Below are positions 20,153-28,683 of a DNA stretch of 64,000 bases, piece after piece. The DNA is taken from positions 1 through 64,000 of IMG/VR virus record IMGVR_UViG_3300009166_000001; one strand, given 5' to 3'. The position numbers and the translations under genes are program-made. Within the stretch, counting starts at the first letter, position 1, and the number at the start of each line of letters is the position of its first letter. Source of the stretch: a virus. The notes under the pieces are model-generated. The model had not been told where the DNA came from. It ran no database searches and was given only the letters and a program-made list of their open reading frames with translations.

Positions 20153-20811
20153 GGAAGAGGAAGGACGAGTAGCCTTCCGGCTGACGAGTGCTCATGCTCA
20201 TCGTACACACACTTGTCCTTACGCCACCCCATCCAAGCATAGGCCGCCGAATCGTTCCCGCCACCAGTAAAACTCGGCCGCTTCGGTAGGACCCACACGT
20301 CTGGCACATGGGTCCGCATCCAGAGGTTTCGCTCTTGCGCCTCCAGGACAGCCATCCGAAGCAGGAAGACTAGGCGTCCGTCCGGCTTCAAGAGGTTGAG
20401 GCCACGCTGGACGAATCGAAGCCAGAGCCCGTAGTTCGGATTCTTACCTCCACCCTTCAGGTACTTCGCGCCACCGAACGGAGGATTCCCGAAGATCAGG
20501 TCGTACTGCTTCCCCCCTGGCTCCTCGTTCTCGAAGTCGCCTATCTTCACTATCGACGCCCCAAGTATCTCCAAGAACCCTCGGCACTCCCCCCTAATCT
20601 CTACGCCCGTGATCTCGGCGTTCGGGAAGGTCCTGTGAAGTCCTCCCACGAGATTTCCGGTCCCCGCTCCCGGCTCCAGGATCGCCTTCGGCTCCCTGTA
20701 CTCATTTCCCAGCCAGTCCAACAGGAACGGCTCGAACTGCTTGTAGACCCACTCCGGCGTTTCGTAGGCATCCTCGGAGAGTCGGATCCCGCCTCGTCCT
20801 GTTGCGCTCAT
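20149..20811 (-). CDS. DNA N6-adenine methyltransferase
   Basis: DAYETP, ILEPGAGTG, GNPPF, RPSF, YAW. Confidence 0.85.
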   Translation of the reverse strand: MSATGRGGIRLSEDAYETPEWVYKQFEPFLLDWLGNEYREPKAILEPGAGTGNLVGGLHRTFPNAEITGVEIRGECRGFLEILGASIVKIGDFENEEPGGKQYDLIFGNPPFGGAKYLKGGGKNPNYGLWLRFVQRGLNLLKPDGRLVFLLRMAVLEAQERNLWMRTHVPDVWVLPKRPSFTGGGNDSAAYAWMGWRKDKCVYDEHEHSSAGRLLVLPLP

Positions 20812-21080
20812 TCGTCTCTCCGTTGAAGGTAGATATCGATGGCCGATGGATTGTTCGGATCCGTCCTCACCACGATCTCGTACTTGTCCTTGAACGGAGG
20901 CATGTTGCCTGCCATCACCTCCTCCATGAGTATCGTGTAGATCGCTTGCTTCACCCTCTCCAGCATGGCCTCCGTAAGAGGCTCGAAGAGGATCGATGCC
21001 TTGAACTCCTCGATCTTGCATTCCAGACGAGCCCTGTCCTCGTCTGTCCCCACGTAGGGAGATATTTCCACCATCGTCAT
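20808..21080 (-). CDS. hypothetical protein
   Basis: ORF in operon. Confidence 0.55.
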   Translation of the reverse strand: MTMVEISPYVGTDEDRARLECKIEEFKASILFEPLTEAMLERVKQAIYTILMEEVMAGNMPPFKDKYEIVVRTDPNNPSAIDIYLQRRDE

Positions 21081-21388
21081 CCCTTCGACCCCCGTAAGAT
21101 GTCCAGTACCCGTTCGAATTCATCCGGCAACTCGAACACCAGCCGCCCCTCCCGGACGCCTGACAACTCCGTCGCGCTCATCCCCAACCGCCTCGCTGTC
21201 TCGAACAGCCCGATCCGTCGCTCCTTCATCGTGAGTGCAACAATGGCTCCCTGCGACGAAAGCGGGTAGACCGGCATCTCCGTCTCCATCATCGAGCATC
21301 CGTGGTTCTCCGTGCAGACCATGGCCGGTGACTTGTTCGTCCCGGTCGGCTCCACGGCTTTCATCTTCCAGCGCATCACTTCCTCCAT
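21077..21388 (-). CDS. Xre-type HTH protein
   Basis: RRIGLFETARRLGMSATELSGVREG. Confidence 0.6.
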   Translation of the reverse strand: MEEVMRWKMKAVEPTGTNKSPAMVCTENHGCSMMETEMPVYPLSSQGAIVALTMKERRIGLFETARRLGMSATELSGVREGRLVFELPDEFERVLDILRGSKG

Positions 21389-21614
21389 GCGTTCATGCTG
21401 CGGTATGACTTTGCGTACTCGATCCTTGCTCCATATCTCTTGGCGAATTTCACAGCATGATCGTAGCAGTAGTACCCATAGCGGATTCCCCGTCTTGTTT
21501 CATGGATCACGGTAAATGAACATCCACCATCGCATCCACGAGTAGCGGTACAATCGGATGGCATAAATGAAGGGTTCCCGTGGGCTCCTTCGACCACTCG
21601 ACAGAACATCCCCA

Positions 21615-21836
21615 TCACTTCTTCCACTTTCCGATTCCAGCCTCCATGTTCGAGACTGCCGTTTGCTGCCCCTCCGTAATGTGCTTGTTCTCCACCACCC
21701 ACGCCTCGATCCCCCCCAACTTCTCGGCTACACTGTCCGCGAAGTCCTCTGCTCGCTCCGGAAGATCACCGGCATCGCTGATGGCTCCACGGATCGTGGA
21801 CAGCCAGTCCTCCCACCCGCACTCGTCACACATCAC
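21615..21836 (-). CDS. hypothetical protein
   Basis: ORF in operon. Confidence 0.55.
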   Translation of the reverse strand: MMCDECGWEDWLSTIRGAISDAGDLPERAEDFADSVAEKLGGIEAWVVENKHITEGQQTAVSNMEAGIGKWKK

Positions 21837-22210
21837 TCCCTCGCCTTCAGGTCCATCTTCAGATCCGCGATCACGTCAGCCAGCGCCACGTTCTTCTCTT
21901 TCAGGATCTTGATCTCGTCCCTGTACCTCTGGCCCTGGAGCTTCGTGGACACCAGAAGCTCACACAGGCGAGCGATCTCATGCCTCTGCGACCGGACGAT
22001 CTCTCCATCGCTTTCGACAATGGGGATGTCCCACAGACGCTTCTTTAGCTCCTTCAGGTACTTGACCATCCGTCGATGGTAGAATTCAGACTGGCTTCTG
22101 GATTCAACGCCTGCAATTGCTCCTTCGTGGAATAGGATATCCGTTTCCAGTTGTCGCATGTCGAAGTCACCGACATTGACCTTCACGCCATCGCGTACCT
22201 TCACGTCCAT
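21833..22210 (-). CDS. hypothetical coiled-coil protein
   Basis: GGAGG RBS before MDVKV. Confidence 0.55.
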   Translation of the reverse strand: MDVKVRDGVKVNVGDFDMRQLETDILFHEGAIAGVESRSQSEFYHRRMVKYLKELKKRLWDIPIVESDGEIVRSQRHEIARLCELLVSTKLQGQRYRDEIKILKEKNVALADVIADLKMDLKARE

Positions 22211-22244
22211 CGGAGCCTCCGCGTGCAATTGATTGCAGGACCAC

Positions 22245-23069
22245 CTACCAGGGCTTCGACTCGTCCCCCAAGACCCACTTCAGGGTCGCCAGGATCGCGT
22301 CCAGGTGGGGATGCTCGACCCCCGATATCTGTGCCTCGTGGATCTTCTCCTCGACCGCCGTGATGGCTTCCTTGACCTCCACGACGCCCCTCGTGGACTG
22401 CCGGGGCCTGCGCGTGCGCGTGGCAGCGGTCGTGGACTTCACGGTAGCCTTCTTGCCCCCGGACGCCTTCACCGCCAGATCCAGCGCCTTCTCCTGCGCC
22501 TCCTTGTCCCCCTTGGACTTGGACACGATCTGCGCCGCTGCCGACATGCTGATCTGACCGTTCTCGACCGCCTTCCTCACCGGCTGCGCGGCCTCCAGGA
22601 GCGCCAGATACCGCTTGACCGTCTCGATCCGGTCCCCCGTCCTGGTGGCGATCTCCTCCTCCGTCAGCCCGTGGACCGCGATCAGGGCCTTGAACGCCTT
22701 CGCCTTCTCGATGGGCGTGGCATCGACCCGATGCGAGTTCTCCAGGAGTTGATGGATGGCCCTGTCGCACTCGTTCGAGTAGCGATCCTCTACGAGCACC
22801 GGCACTCGCTCGATCTTCGAGGTGCGTCCCCCGTTCAGGGACGCCACGGCTGCCATCCTCCGGAACCCGGAGATCAGCACGTAGCTGTCTCCCTCCCGGT
22901 AGCACCGGATCGGGTTCTGGATCCCCTCCGCGGCGATGGAGGCGGCCAGTACCTCGATGTCCCCGCGCTCCGACTTCGTGTAGTTGTCCTCGTCCTTGAC
23001 GACGATCAACTCCACCGGAACCATGAGAAGATCCCGCCTGATTACTCCCTCTGGAACCTTGCTGCCCAT
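22245..23069 (-). CDS. parB: ParB/Spo0J family partition protein (CTPase + HTH)
   Basis: LAASI..EGIQNPI, ISGFRRMAA (GxRR box), LLEN.HR.D.TPIEKA.AF..L, HTH GLTEEEIATRTG, GQISMSAA. Confidence 0.9.
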   Translation of the reverse strand: MGSKVPEGVIRRDLLMVPVELIVVKDEDNYTKSERGDIEVLAASIAAEGIQNPIRCYREGDSYVLISGFRRMAAVASLNGGRTSKIERVPVLVEDRYSNECDRAIHQLLENSHRVDATPIEKAKAFKALIAVHGLTEEEIATRTGDRIETVKRYLALLEAAQPVRKAVENGQISMSAAAQIVSKSKGDKEAQEKALDLAVKASGGKKATVKSTTAATRTRRPRQSTRGVVEVKEAITAVEEKIHEAQISGVEHPHLDAILATLKWVLGDESKPW

Positions 23070-23114
23070 GACGTTCTCCTTCTGCTTCGGCTTCGACCGC
23101 CAACCTCACCCACC

Positions 23115-23174
23115 TATATAACTGGCATCGGTTTTTTGTCAAGTAGTTGACAAATACATTCCTCTGGATAGGAT
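23115..23174. promoter_or_regulatory. back-to-back divergent sigma70 promoters (parB leftward; 23181 gene rightward)
   Basis: minus TTGACA at 23137-23142; plus TTGACA 23147-23152, 16-nt spacer, TAGGAT 23169-23174. Confidence 0.75.
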
Positions 23175-23180
23175 TCCTTC

Positions 23181-23528
23181 ATGCAGGACGTACCCCGGAT
23201 TCATCGCCTCCTTTCGCAGTCAGCCACCAAGGAAACCATCCAGCGGCTCCAACGCTACCTACAACTCTCCGACTCCGGAGCCAAGGAAACCGAGATCGCC
23301 GTGGCCCGTGGCATCGCTCTCCGCTCCATGGAGGATCTGACTGCCTTCCTCCGGGACGACGTGCTCCTAGTCGCCAAGGAAGAAGCCGAGGCCACCAATC
23401 TCTCCGAGAAGCAGCTTCGGGAGAAGGTCGCCACCCTTGAAGCGGAGATTGCAGCCCCGAAGGTCAAGGCTCGCAAAAGGTTAGTCAAGGATCTGCGGAA
23501 GCTCTACGAAGGAAATCACATCACGTAG
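23181..23528 (+). CDS. hypothetical coiled-coil protein, probably leaderless
   Basis: plus-strand ORF with its own promoter; ATG follows the -10 after 6 nt. Confidence 0.7.
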   Translation: MQDVPRIHRLLSQSATKETIQRLQRYLQLSDSGAKETEIAVARGIALRSMEDLTAFLRDDVLLVAKEEAEATNLSEKQLREKVATLEAEIAAPKVKARKRLVKDLRKLYEGNHIT

Positions 23529-23532
23529 AAGA

Positions 23533-25437
23533 TCAGACTCCGGGGGCTACGATGTAGCAGTATTCCCCGCCCGGATCGAAGGTCGTTCCGAACGTCGCCG
23601 TTCCCGCGCTCCAGGTGTACTCTCCTGCTCCCGGTGCCGCCGCCACCTTCTTCTGGAGGACACCGTTGCGGAACAGGAGCGCCTTGTCGATGTCGATGGT
23701 GGAGCCCAGGCCCGTGTCCCATGTCGTCCCCGTCGTCGGCGTGGCAGATGCCGTCAGCCAGTCCACCGAGAACTGGCTCCCTGCGAGATTCAGTCCGAAG
23801 CCTGCCGTGTAGACGCTGGCTGCTCCGACCTGGACCCACACCGCGTCGTCCTCGTCGAACACCCACTGGGTATTCTCGTTGACCGAACTGTCCCCGGCCA
23901 CCATGACCGCGAAGCCGTCAGCCGGACCCGCCGCCGGACTCGGCTGCCACGCCGCTCCGTCGTACTCCACGATGTAGTTCGCGTAGGACGACCAGATATC
24001 GCTGCCTGCTGGGCTTGCATCGACCAGGACTCGCGTTCCAGTCGGAGGCTCACCAGTCACTCCAGCCACGATCAGCACCCATGCAGTCCCGCTGTACTCC
24101 ACGAGATCACCAGTTGCGAAGGCTCCCCATGCCGTCCCCACGATCCACGAATCTCCCGCCGCAGGCGTTCCAGGGGCGCTATCCGCCGTCCCCTTGCCCT
24201 GCTTCGTGGACACCGGCCTCTGCCAGTCGAACCCCTCTATCGCTGCGTCCACGTATGCCTTGTCGGCTACGGGGTTCGATGCACTGATGTTCTGCGTCGA
24301 TGCCGTGGGTCCTACCTGGAGCCCACCAGTCGTCCTCTGCACGCCACCGTTCGCCTGCACGGTGACTTCGAGCGAGTTGTAGACATCGTTCCAGCTTATG
24401 CAGCCATCGCTGATGTCGTTCAGTTCGGTCGGATCGATGGCGAGCATCCTCCACTCTGTCCCATCGTAGTAGAAGCTCGTTCCTCTCCACTTCACGTCGG
24501 TCCCACCGACTTCGACACCGCCAGGAACCGACACATCGCCACGAACCGGGGTCACGAACTCCCACGCACTGCCGTCCCAGATGGCGACCATGTTGCCCTG
24601 GCCCGCGAAAGCCCCTACCGGCGTCAACGCCGGAGGCGGCACGATCATGAGATCGTTGGCCACCCTCGTTCCGATCACGAGCCACTTGTTCCCCGGCGTT
24701 GCCGACCTGTAGTACACGTAGTTGTCGGTCGCTATCGCTGTGCCATCCCACGTCGCACCAGCACCCGTGTAGAGATACGTCAGACCCACCATCGGGGGCG
24801 TCGGCTCCGTCGTCACGGTGCCCATCATCAGGCCACGGTTGTAGAGCCCTCCCCACGAGTGCCCCACGTGGTCCCGGTGGCCGATCCTGTCCAGTTCGTC
24901 GATCTCCAGCACGTGATCTGCCGAGGCGATATCGATCTCCGCTCCGGCCCTCTCCCACGCTGCCGTCGAACCGGCGTAGATGAACGGCCTTCCCTGAGTC
25001 ACGCTTGGCGATGCGCTATCGTGGTACTCCACGCAATGCAGACCGTCTCGAACCGACAGCCAGTCTCCCCACGCCGCTCCATCGTACTTCCCGATCTGGT
25101 TCGTGTGTCCCGTGAACGATCCGCTGAGTCCCGCTCCGGCCACCCTGCACACGTCGTCAGCCGTGAGATCGTCCGCTACCAGAACCCACGATGGCGTCCC
25201 GCCACTGTCCACCGTCGTCTGCACCACGTCCCCATCCTCGAAGTCCGACCACTCCCCGGTGGGCGTTCCATCGATGACGAACGTGTCTCCAGCCGAGTAC
25301 GATCCCGGCGGGGTCGAGAGATTGTCCCCTCTCATCTGCGAGAAATCGACTCGAACCGAGTGCGCGATCAAGTCGATGTGGTGTTCCTGGTTGATCTGAT
25401 CGTTGCCGATCTGATGACCGTAGAGTTGCATTGCCAT
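23533..25437 (-). CDS. virion structural / fibre-associated protein (repeated W/G-rich modules, DUF2793-like)
   Basis: repeated G.W..F..GD.V..DG.AW units; AADKAYVD-type motif (VADKAYVDA). Confidence 0.55.
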   Translation of the reverse strand: MAMQLYGHQIGNDQINQEHHIDLIAHSVRVDFSQMRGDNLSTPPGSYSAGDTFVIDGTPTGEWSDFEDGDVVQTTVDSGGTPSWVLVADDLTADDVCRVAGAGLSGSFTGHTNQIGKYDGAAWGDWLSVRDGLHCVEYHDSASPSVTQGRPFIYAGSTAAWERAGAEIDIASADHVLEIDELDRIGHRDHVGHSWGGLYNRGLMMGTVTTEPTPPMVGLTYLYTGAGATWDGTAIATDNYVYYRSATPGNKWLVIGTRVANDLMIVPPPALTPVGAFAGQGNMVAIWDGSAWEFVTPVRGDVSVPGGVEVGGTDVKWRGTSFYYDGTEWRMLAIDPTELNDISDGCISWNDVYNSLEVTVQANGGVQRTTGGLQVGPTASTQNISASNPVADKAYVDAAIEGFDWQRPVSTKQGKGTADSAPGTPAAGDSWIVGTAWGAFATGDLVEYSGTAWVLIVAGVTGEPPTGTRVLVDASPAGSDIWSSYANYIVEYDGAAWQPSPAAGPADGFAVMVAGDSSVNENTQWVFDEDDAVWVQVGAASVYTAGFGLNLAGSQFSVDWLTASATPTTGTTWDTGLGSTIDIDKALLFRNGVLQKKVAAAPGAGEYTWSAGTATFGTTFDPGGEYCYIVAPGV

Positions 25438-25450
25438 GGTGCCGTCTCCT

Positions 25451-25873
25451 TTAGACGAAGTAGGTTACGTGAAGCTCCTCACCAACCTGCGGAACTACGT
25501 CAATCTTGAACTGCGTGGACGACGTTTCTTCAACGTGGGCACCGGCTACGAGCGTTCCTGGCGTTCCCAGGTCTTGTCCATTCAAATATACCCGGATCGT
25601 GGTCGCCTGTCTAGCAGATCCCGTCGTGAACGTGTCCGTGATCCCATCCACCTGCCCCGTCAAGTCCTCCGGAACGAAGCTGCCACCCCCACCCCCACCT
25701 CCGGACAACTTCTTCCAGACCCCAGGACTGCCCGTGGTAATACAGACCCACAGGTCGAAGTTGGCGTCCAGCACCATCGAGTCCTGATACCAGACCGCCG
25801 ATGAAGATTGTGGGGGCCATACGACGTTCATCCTTGGCAGGACGATGACGTTGGGGTTCCGCTGCCGTGACAC
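25451..25873 (-). CDS. virion structural protein
   Basis: GQVDG.TDTFT..IRVYLNGQ module. Confidence 0.5.
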   Translation of the reverse strand: MSRQRNPNVIVLPRMNVVWPPQSSSAVWYQDSMVLDANFDLWVCITTGSPGVWKKLSGGGGGGGSFVPEDLTGQVDGITDTFTTGSARQATTIRVYLNGQDLGTPGTLVAGAHVEETSSTQFKIDVVPQVGEELHVTYFV

Positions 25874-25908
25874 GCTTAGGTTTTATCCCGGAACTGCTCC
25901 GGTGTCTA

Positions 25909-26217
25909 TCACTCGGAGAGAGGATCGGTAGGCTTGCCAATGGCCTCGAACACGACGCGACCGTTCGACAGTACCGACTTCACGTGGCCGTCCATGTCCA
26001 GCCGATGCACCCTCGCCACGAAGGTTCCCCACGACATCGGGGTCCGTCCCTTCTCCTTGAAGGACTCGTTCACGAGGGCGTGAAGCTCCTCCAATGTGCG
26101 CTTCCCCTGCTTCATGTGCCTCCACAGGTAGTCCAGAAAGTTGTGCCTCAAAAGCCCCCCGTCGCTGACCTCGCTCGCCTTCACCTGACGCTTCCCCACC
26201 GGACGATTCTTCTGCAT
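25909..26217 (-). CDS. hypothetical winged-helix-like protein
   Basis: ORF; helix-helix-wing pattern. Confidence 0.5.
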   Translation of the reverse strand: MQKNRPVGKRQVKASEVSDGGLLRHNFLDYLWRHMKQGKRTLEELHALVNESFKEKGRTPMSWGTFVARVHRLDMDGHVKSVLSNGRVVFEAIGKPTDPLSE

Positions 26218-26444
26218 CAGAACACTCCCTCGTCATCATCGTCATCGACTTCGATAGTCTCACCAAAGACTATCACCTCTGCCTTCTCCACTGCCCCCAC
26301 CATCGCCTCCCGCACCTTCCACTCCCACCCCTGCGCCTCGTCCGCGTTTCTGGCCAGCCTCGCAGATGCCCCACGAAAGGCATCCCCTATCGAGGCGAGC
26401 CCCTTCGCGGTAATCCATACGAGCCGTCCAACCATCACCAGTAT

Positions 26445-27383
26445 CTATAACTGGCCATCGCTTTTTGTCAAGGGACGATAGATCACGACTCCCTTATTGA
26501 TGTGCTGCTTGTACCCGGACGCTACTGCCGCCTCCTCGATCACGTCCAGGTCTACCGAATGCACTACTCGACCCCCAGCTATCGTTGCCTTCGCATCACT
26601 CTTTCGTACCGCCTCTACCTGCGAGATCGTGGCGTTATACTCCTTCATCTTCCGGAAGTACGCCTTCGCCTTCAGGCACACGTTCCTCTTTCGAAGCACT
26701 TCCAGCCGTCCAGCGGGCGGCATCACCGGCTCTGGTATCGGTTCGGGCCTTGGCTCGATCACCGGCTCTGGCTTCGGCTTCGGCTTCCTCGCACGCACAC
26801 GCACGGGCGCGTCCACACGCACCACCGGGCGCACACGCGCTACACGCACGCGCTCGCTCACGCGCCTGCGACCCTCCAGGTGCTCCCTGATCTTCTCGTA
26901 GTCCTCGTCCGATATCTCCCGCCTCGTCCTCGTCACGAACGGAATCTCCACCCCGATCCTCTTGGCCGCCGCCAAGAAGGTCTGCCGACTCACCGGCACC
27001 TTCTTGATCGCATCGTTCACGCTCATGCGCCCATGTGTCTGACGACAGCCCAAGCCCAGCTTGTGCGCCCTCGTCACGACCGACCACGCCGTCCTGCCTA
27101 TGCCCTCCGCGATCTCCTTCGTGGACTTCTGGCCGAGCAACTGTCTCAGGACCAGATCCTCCCCCGGTGTCCACTTCCTCGCTATGCCCGATGGACGGTG
27201 GAACGATTCCGACCGCACCTTCATCTCGTAGCACTTGAACTTCACCGCTTGGTAGCTACGGTTGTTCCCGAACCGGAGATTCAGTTCCTTCTGGAGCACA
27301 CGCCTGGAGAAGCGAGCCCCATACTGACGTAGGAACTCGTTCTCAGCATCGGTCCAGCCTATCCGTGCATGTCCACTTCTCAT
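26445..27383 (-). CDS. DNA-binding protein with two Myb/SANT-like HTH repeats
   Basis: WTDAENEFLRQ and WTPGEDLVLRQ...IAEGIGRT.WSV..RA.KLGL. Confidence 0.65.
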   Translation of the reverse strand: MRSGHARIGWTDAENEFLRQYGARFSRRVLQKELNLRFGNNRSYQAVKFKCYEMKVRSESFHRPSGIARKWTPGEDLVLRQLLGQKSTKEIAEGIGRTAWSVVTRAHKLGLGCRQTHGRMSVNDAIKKVPVSRQTFLAAAKRIGVEIPFVTRTRREISDEDYEKIREHLEGRRRVSERVRVARVRPVVRVDAPVRVRARKPKPKPEPVIEPRPEPIPEPVMPPAGRLEVLRKRNVCLKAKAYFRKMKEYNATISQVEAVRKSDAKATIAGGRVVHSVDLDVIEEAAVASGYKQHINKGVVIYRPLTKSDGQL

Positions 27384-27456
27384 GGCGACCCCAACGGGAT
27401 TCGAACCCGTGTTACCGGCTTGAAAGGCCAGCCTCCTACCCTTGGAGGATGGGGCC
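27383..27456 (-). tRNA. tRNA-Glu(UUC), encoded CCA
   Basis: cloverleaf; anticodon loop CTTTCAA; T-loop TTCGAAT. Confidence 0.9.
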
Positions 27457-27461
27457 TTCTG

Positions 27462-27536
27462 TCGGGGCGAGAGGATTTGAACCTCCGACGTTCGGCTCCC
27501 AAAGCCGATGCGCTGGCCAGACTGCGCTACACCCCG
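27462..27536 (-). tRNA. tRNA-Pro(UGG)
   Basis: CGGGGTG acceptor; loop TTTGGGA. Confidence 0.92.
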
Positions 27537-27540
27537 TCAG

Positions 27541-27614
27541 TGGACCTGATCGGACTTGAACCGATCACCTCCGGCTTGCAAAACCGGCGCTCTACCCAGA
27601 TGAGCTACAGGCCC
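27541..27614 (-). tRNA. tRNA-Ala(UGC)
   Basis: loop TTTGCAA; G3:U70 pair. Confidence 0.92.
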
Positions 27615-27664
27615 ATAGTGGCAGTTTGAGTCGGCCACTACGACTACAGCCCTCAATGGGCTTG

Positions 27665-27736
27665 TTGCAGGAGCGGGACTTGAACCCGCGATCTCCGAGT
27701 TATGAGCCCGGCGTCGTACCACTGGACCACCCTGCA
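27665..27736 (-). tRNA. tRNA-Met(CAU), initiator-like
   Basis: GGGCTCATAAC anticodon arm; U1:A72. Confidence 0.85.
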
Positions 27737-27740
27737 ATAG

Positions 27741-28110
27741 TGGAGACGGCGGGAGTCGAACCCGCGTCCGACCTGCTTCACGAACATCATCTACGTGCGT
27801 AGCTGCTCTTGGCTGGCAGCCCACCTCGATAGCCTCCTGCTATCCCCTCCCTGGCACCTCCACCACCGACTTGTGCTCCGTCAAGTCGGAACCGGGGTCT
27901 GGTCCTTCCCTTGTCGCCCACGAGCTACAGGACCGCTCACTCGTAGTTTCCGGCTTAGGCCGCCAGGGCCATCTGGCTCTGGACGGGCCTCTGCTGGTAC
28001 GACGGAACCGACTTGCGGTTGCCGTTTGGATCTTGCCTGATTGAACCATGCTCAGGCTCATGGACACGCCGACGTTCGATCCATCAGACCGTCGAAACCG
28101 TTTCGTCCCC
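27741..28110 (-). ncRNA. ssrA: tmRNA; predicted tag (A)GNRKSVPSYQQRPVQSQMALAA
   Basis: 5' GGGGACGAAACGGTTTCGAC; 3' GACGCGGGTTCGACTCCCGCCGTCTCCA with G3:U70; tag ORF 28023-27955 ends ALAA-TAA. Confidence 0.93.
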
Positions 28111-28113
28111 AAG

Positions 28114-28127
28114 GTTCTCAAAGAGCA
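28114..28127 (-). promoter_or_regulatory. boxA-like antitermination element TGCTCTTTGAGAAC
   Basis: matches rrn boxA (TGCTCTTT); directly upstream of tmRNA. Confidence 0.65.
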
Positions 28128-28129
28128 AT

Positions 28130-28587
28130 GAACCGAAGTTCCAGATCGAGTCAGGACGGTGTGCTTCTACGCCAATGGCTGATCGGGCGTACTCAGTGCA
28201 TTAACGGATTCCCAGGGACTCAACGTGGTCCTCCGTGTCTCACCTCTTTCAAGGCATCCTCGCGCTCCTTTCGTACTAGCGAGGCCAACACCTGCATCTG
28301 GCTTGCTCCAGTTTCCTCACGGCGCGGAAGGAACATCCTAGTACGACTCCGCTTATCCGATCCTCCCCTGGAGTGCTACCTTTCCCCGGTGGTCAATCCC
28401 GCCGATGTAAGTTCACCGTACCGTTCCACAAGATGTCTGTCGCACACCATCCTATGTTCCGGTTGTTCTCCTGCGGGTTGCTTGCCTTCGCCTCATGTTG
28501 ACTACTGCGCTTCCACCTCGCCACTCCTTAGCTGATGGCTGCTTCTAAGCCTACAGTCCATCCTGGCTCGATCTAGAACTTCGGTTC
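28130..28587 (-). ncRNA. large structured RNA carrying 23S rRNA H43/H44 (uL11 site) and sarcin-ricin loop mimics
   Basis: ~30-bp terminal stem 28130-28159/28558-28587; GGCTTAGAAGCAGCCATCA; CTAGTACGAAAGGA in a 6-bp stem. Confidence 0.8.
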
Positions 28588-28597
28588 TCAAAGAACA
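28584..28597 (-). promoter_or_regulatory. boxA-like antitermination element TGTTCTTTGAGAAC
   Basis: near-identical to the 28114 copy; at the 5' end of the rRNA-mimic stem. Confidence 0.65.
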
Positions 28598-28683
28598 GAA
28601 GGGGACGCTGCCTAGTCGAGAATCCGTCCGTAGTCCCTGGAAACGGGGAGAGGACAGAATTCGTTTTCGACAGCGTTGCCCCT

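Noticed and set aside
28130-28587. True 23S rRNA gene, or an assembly chimera with host rRNA
   Set aside because: Only short motifs match. They come from distant 23S domains, are not collinear (the SRL lies inside split H44), and have different but compensated stems.
28130-28587. RNase P RNA
   Set aside because: GAGGAAACUGG only loosely resembles GAGGAAAGUCC, lies in the wrong position, and the 3' conserved CGGCUUA region was not found.
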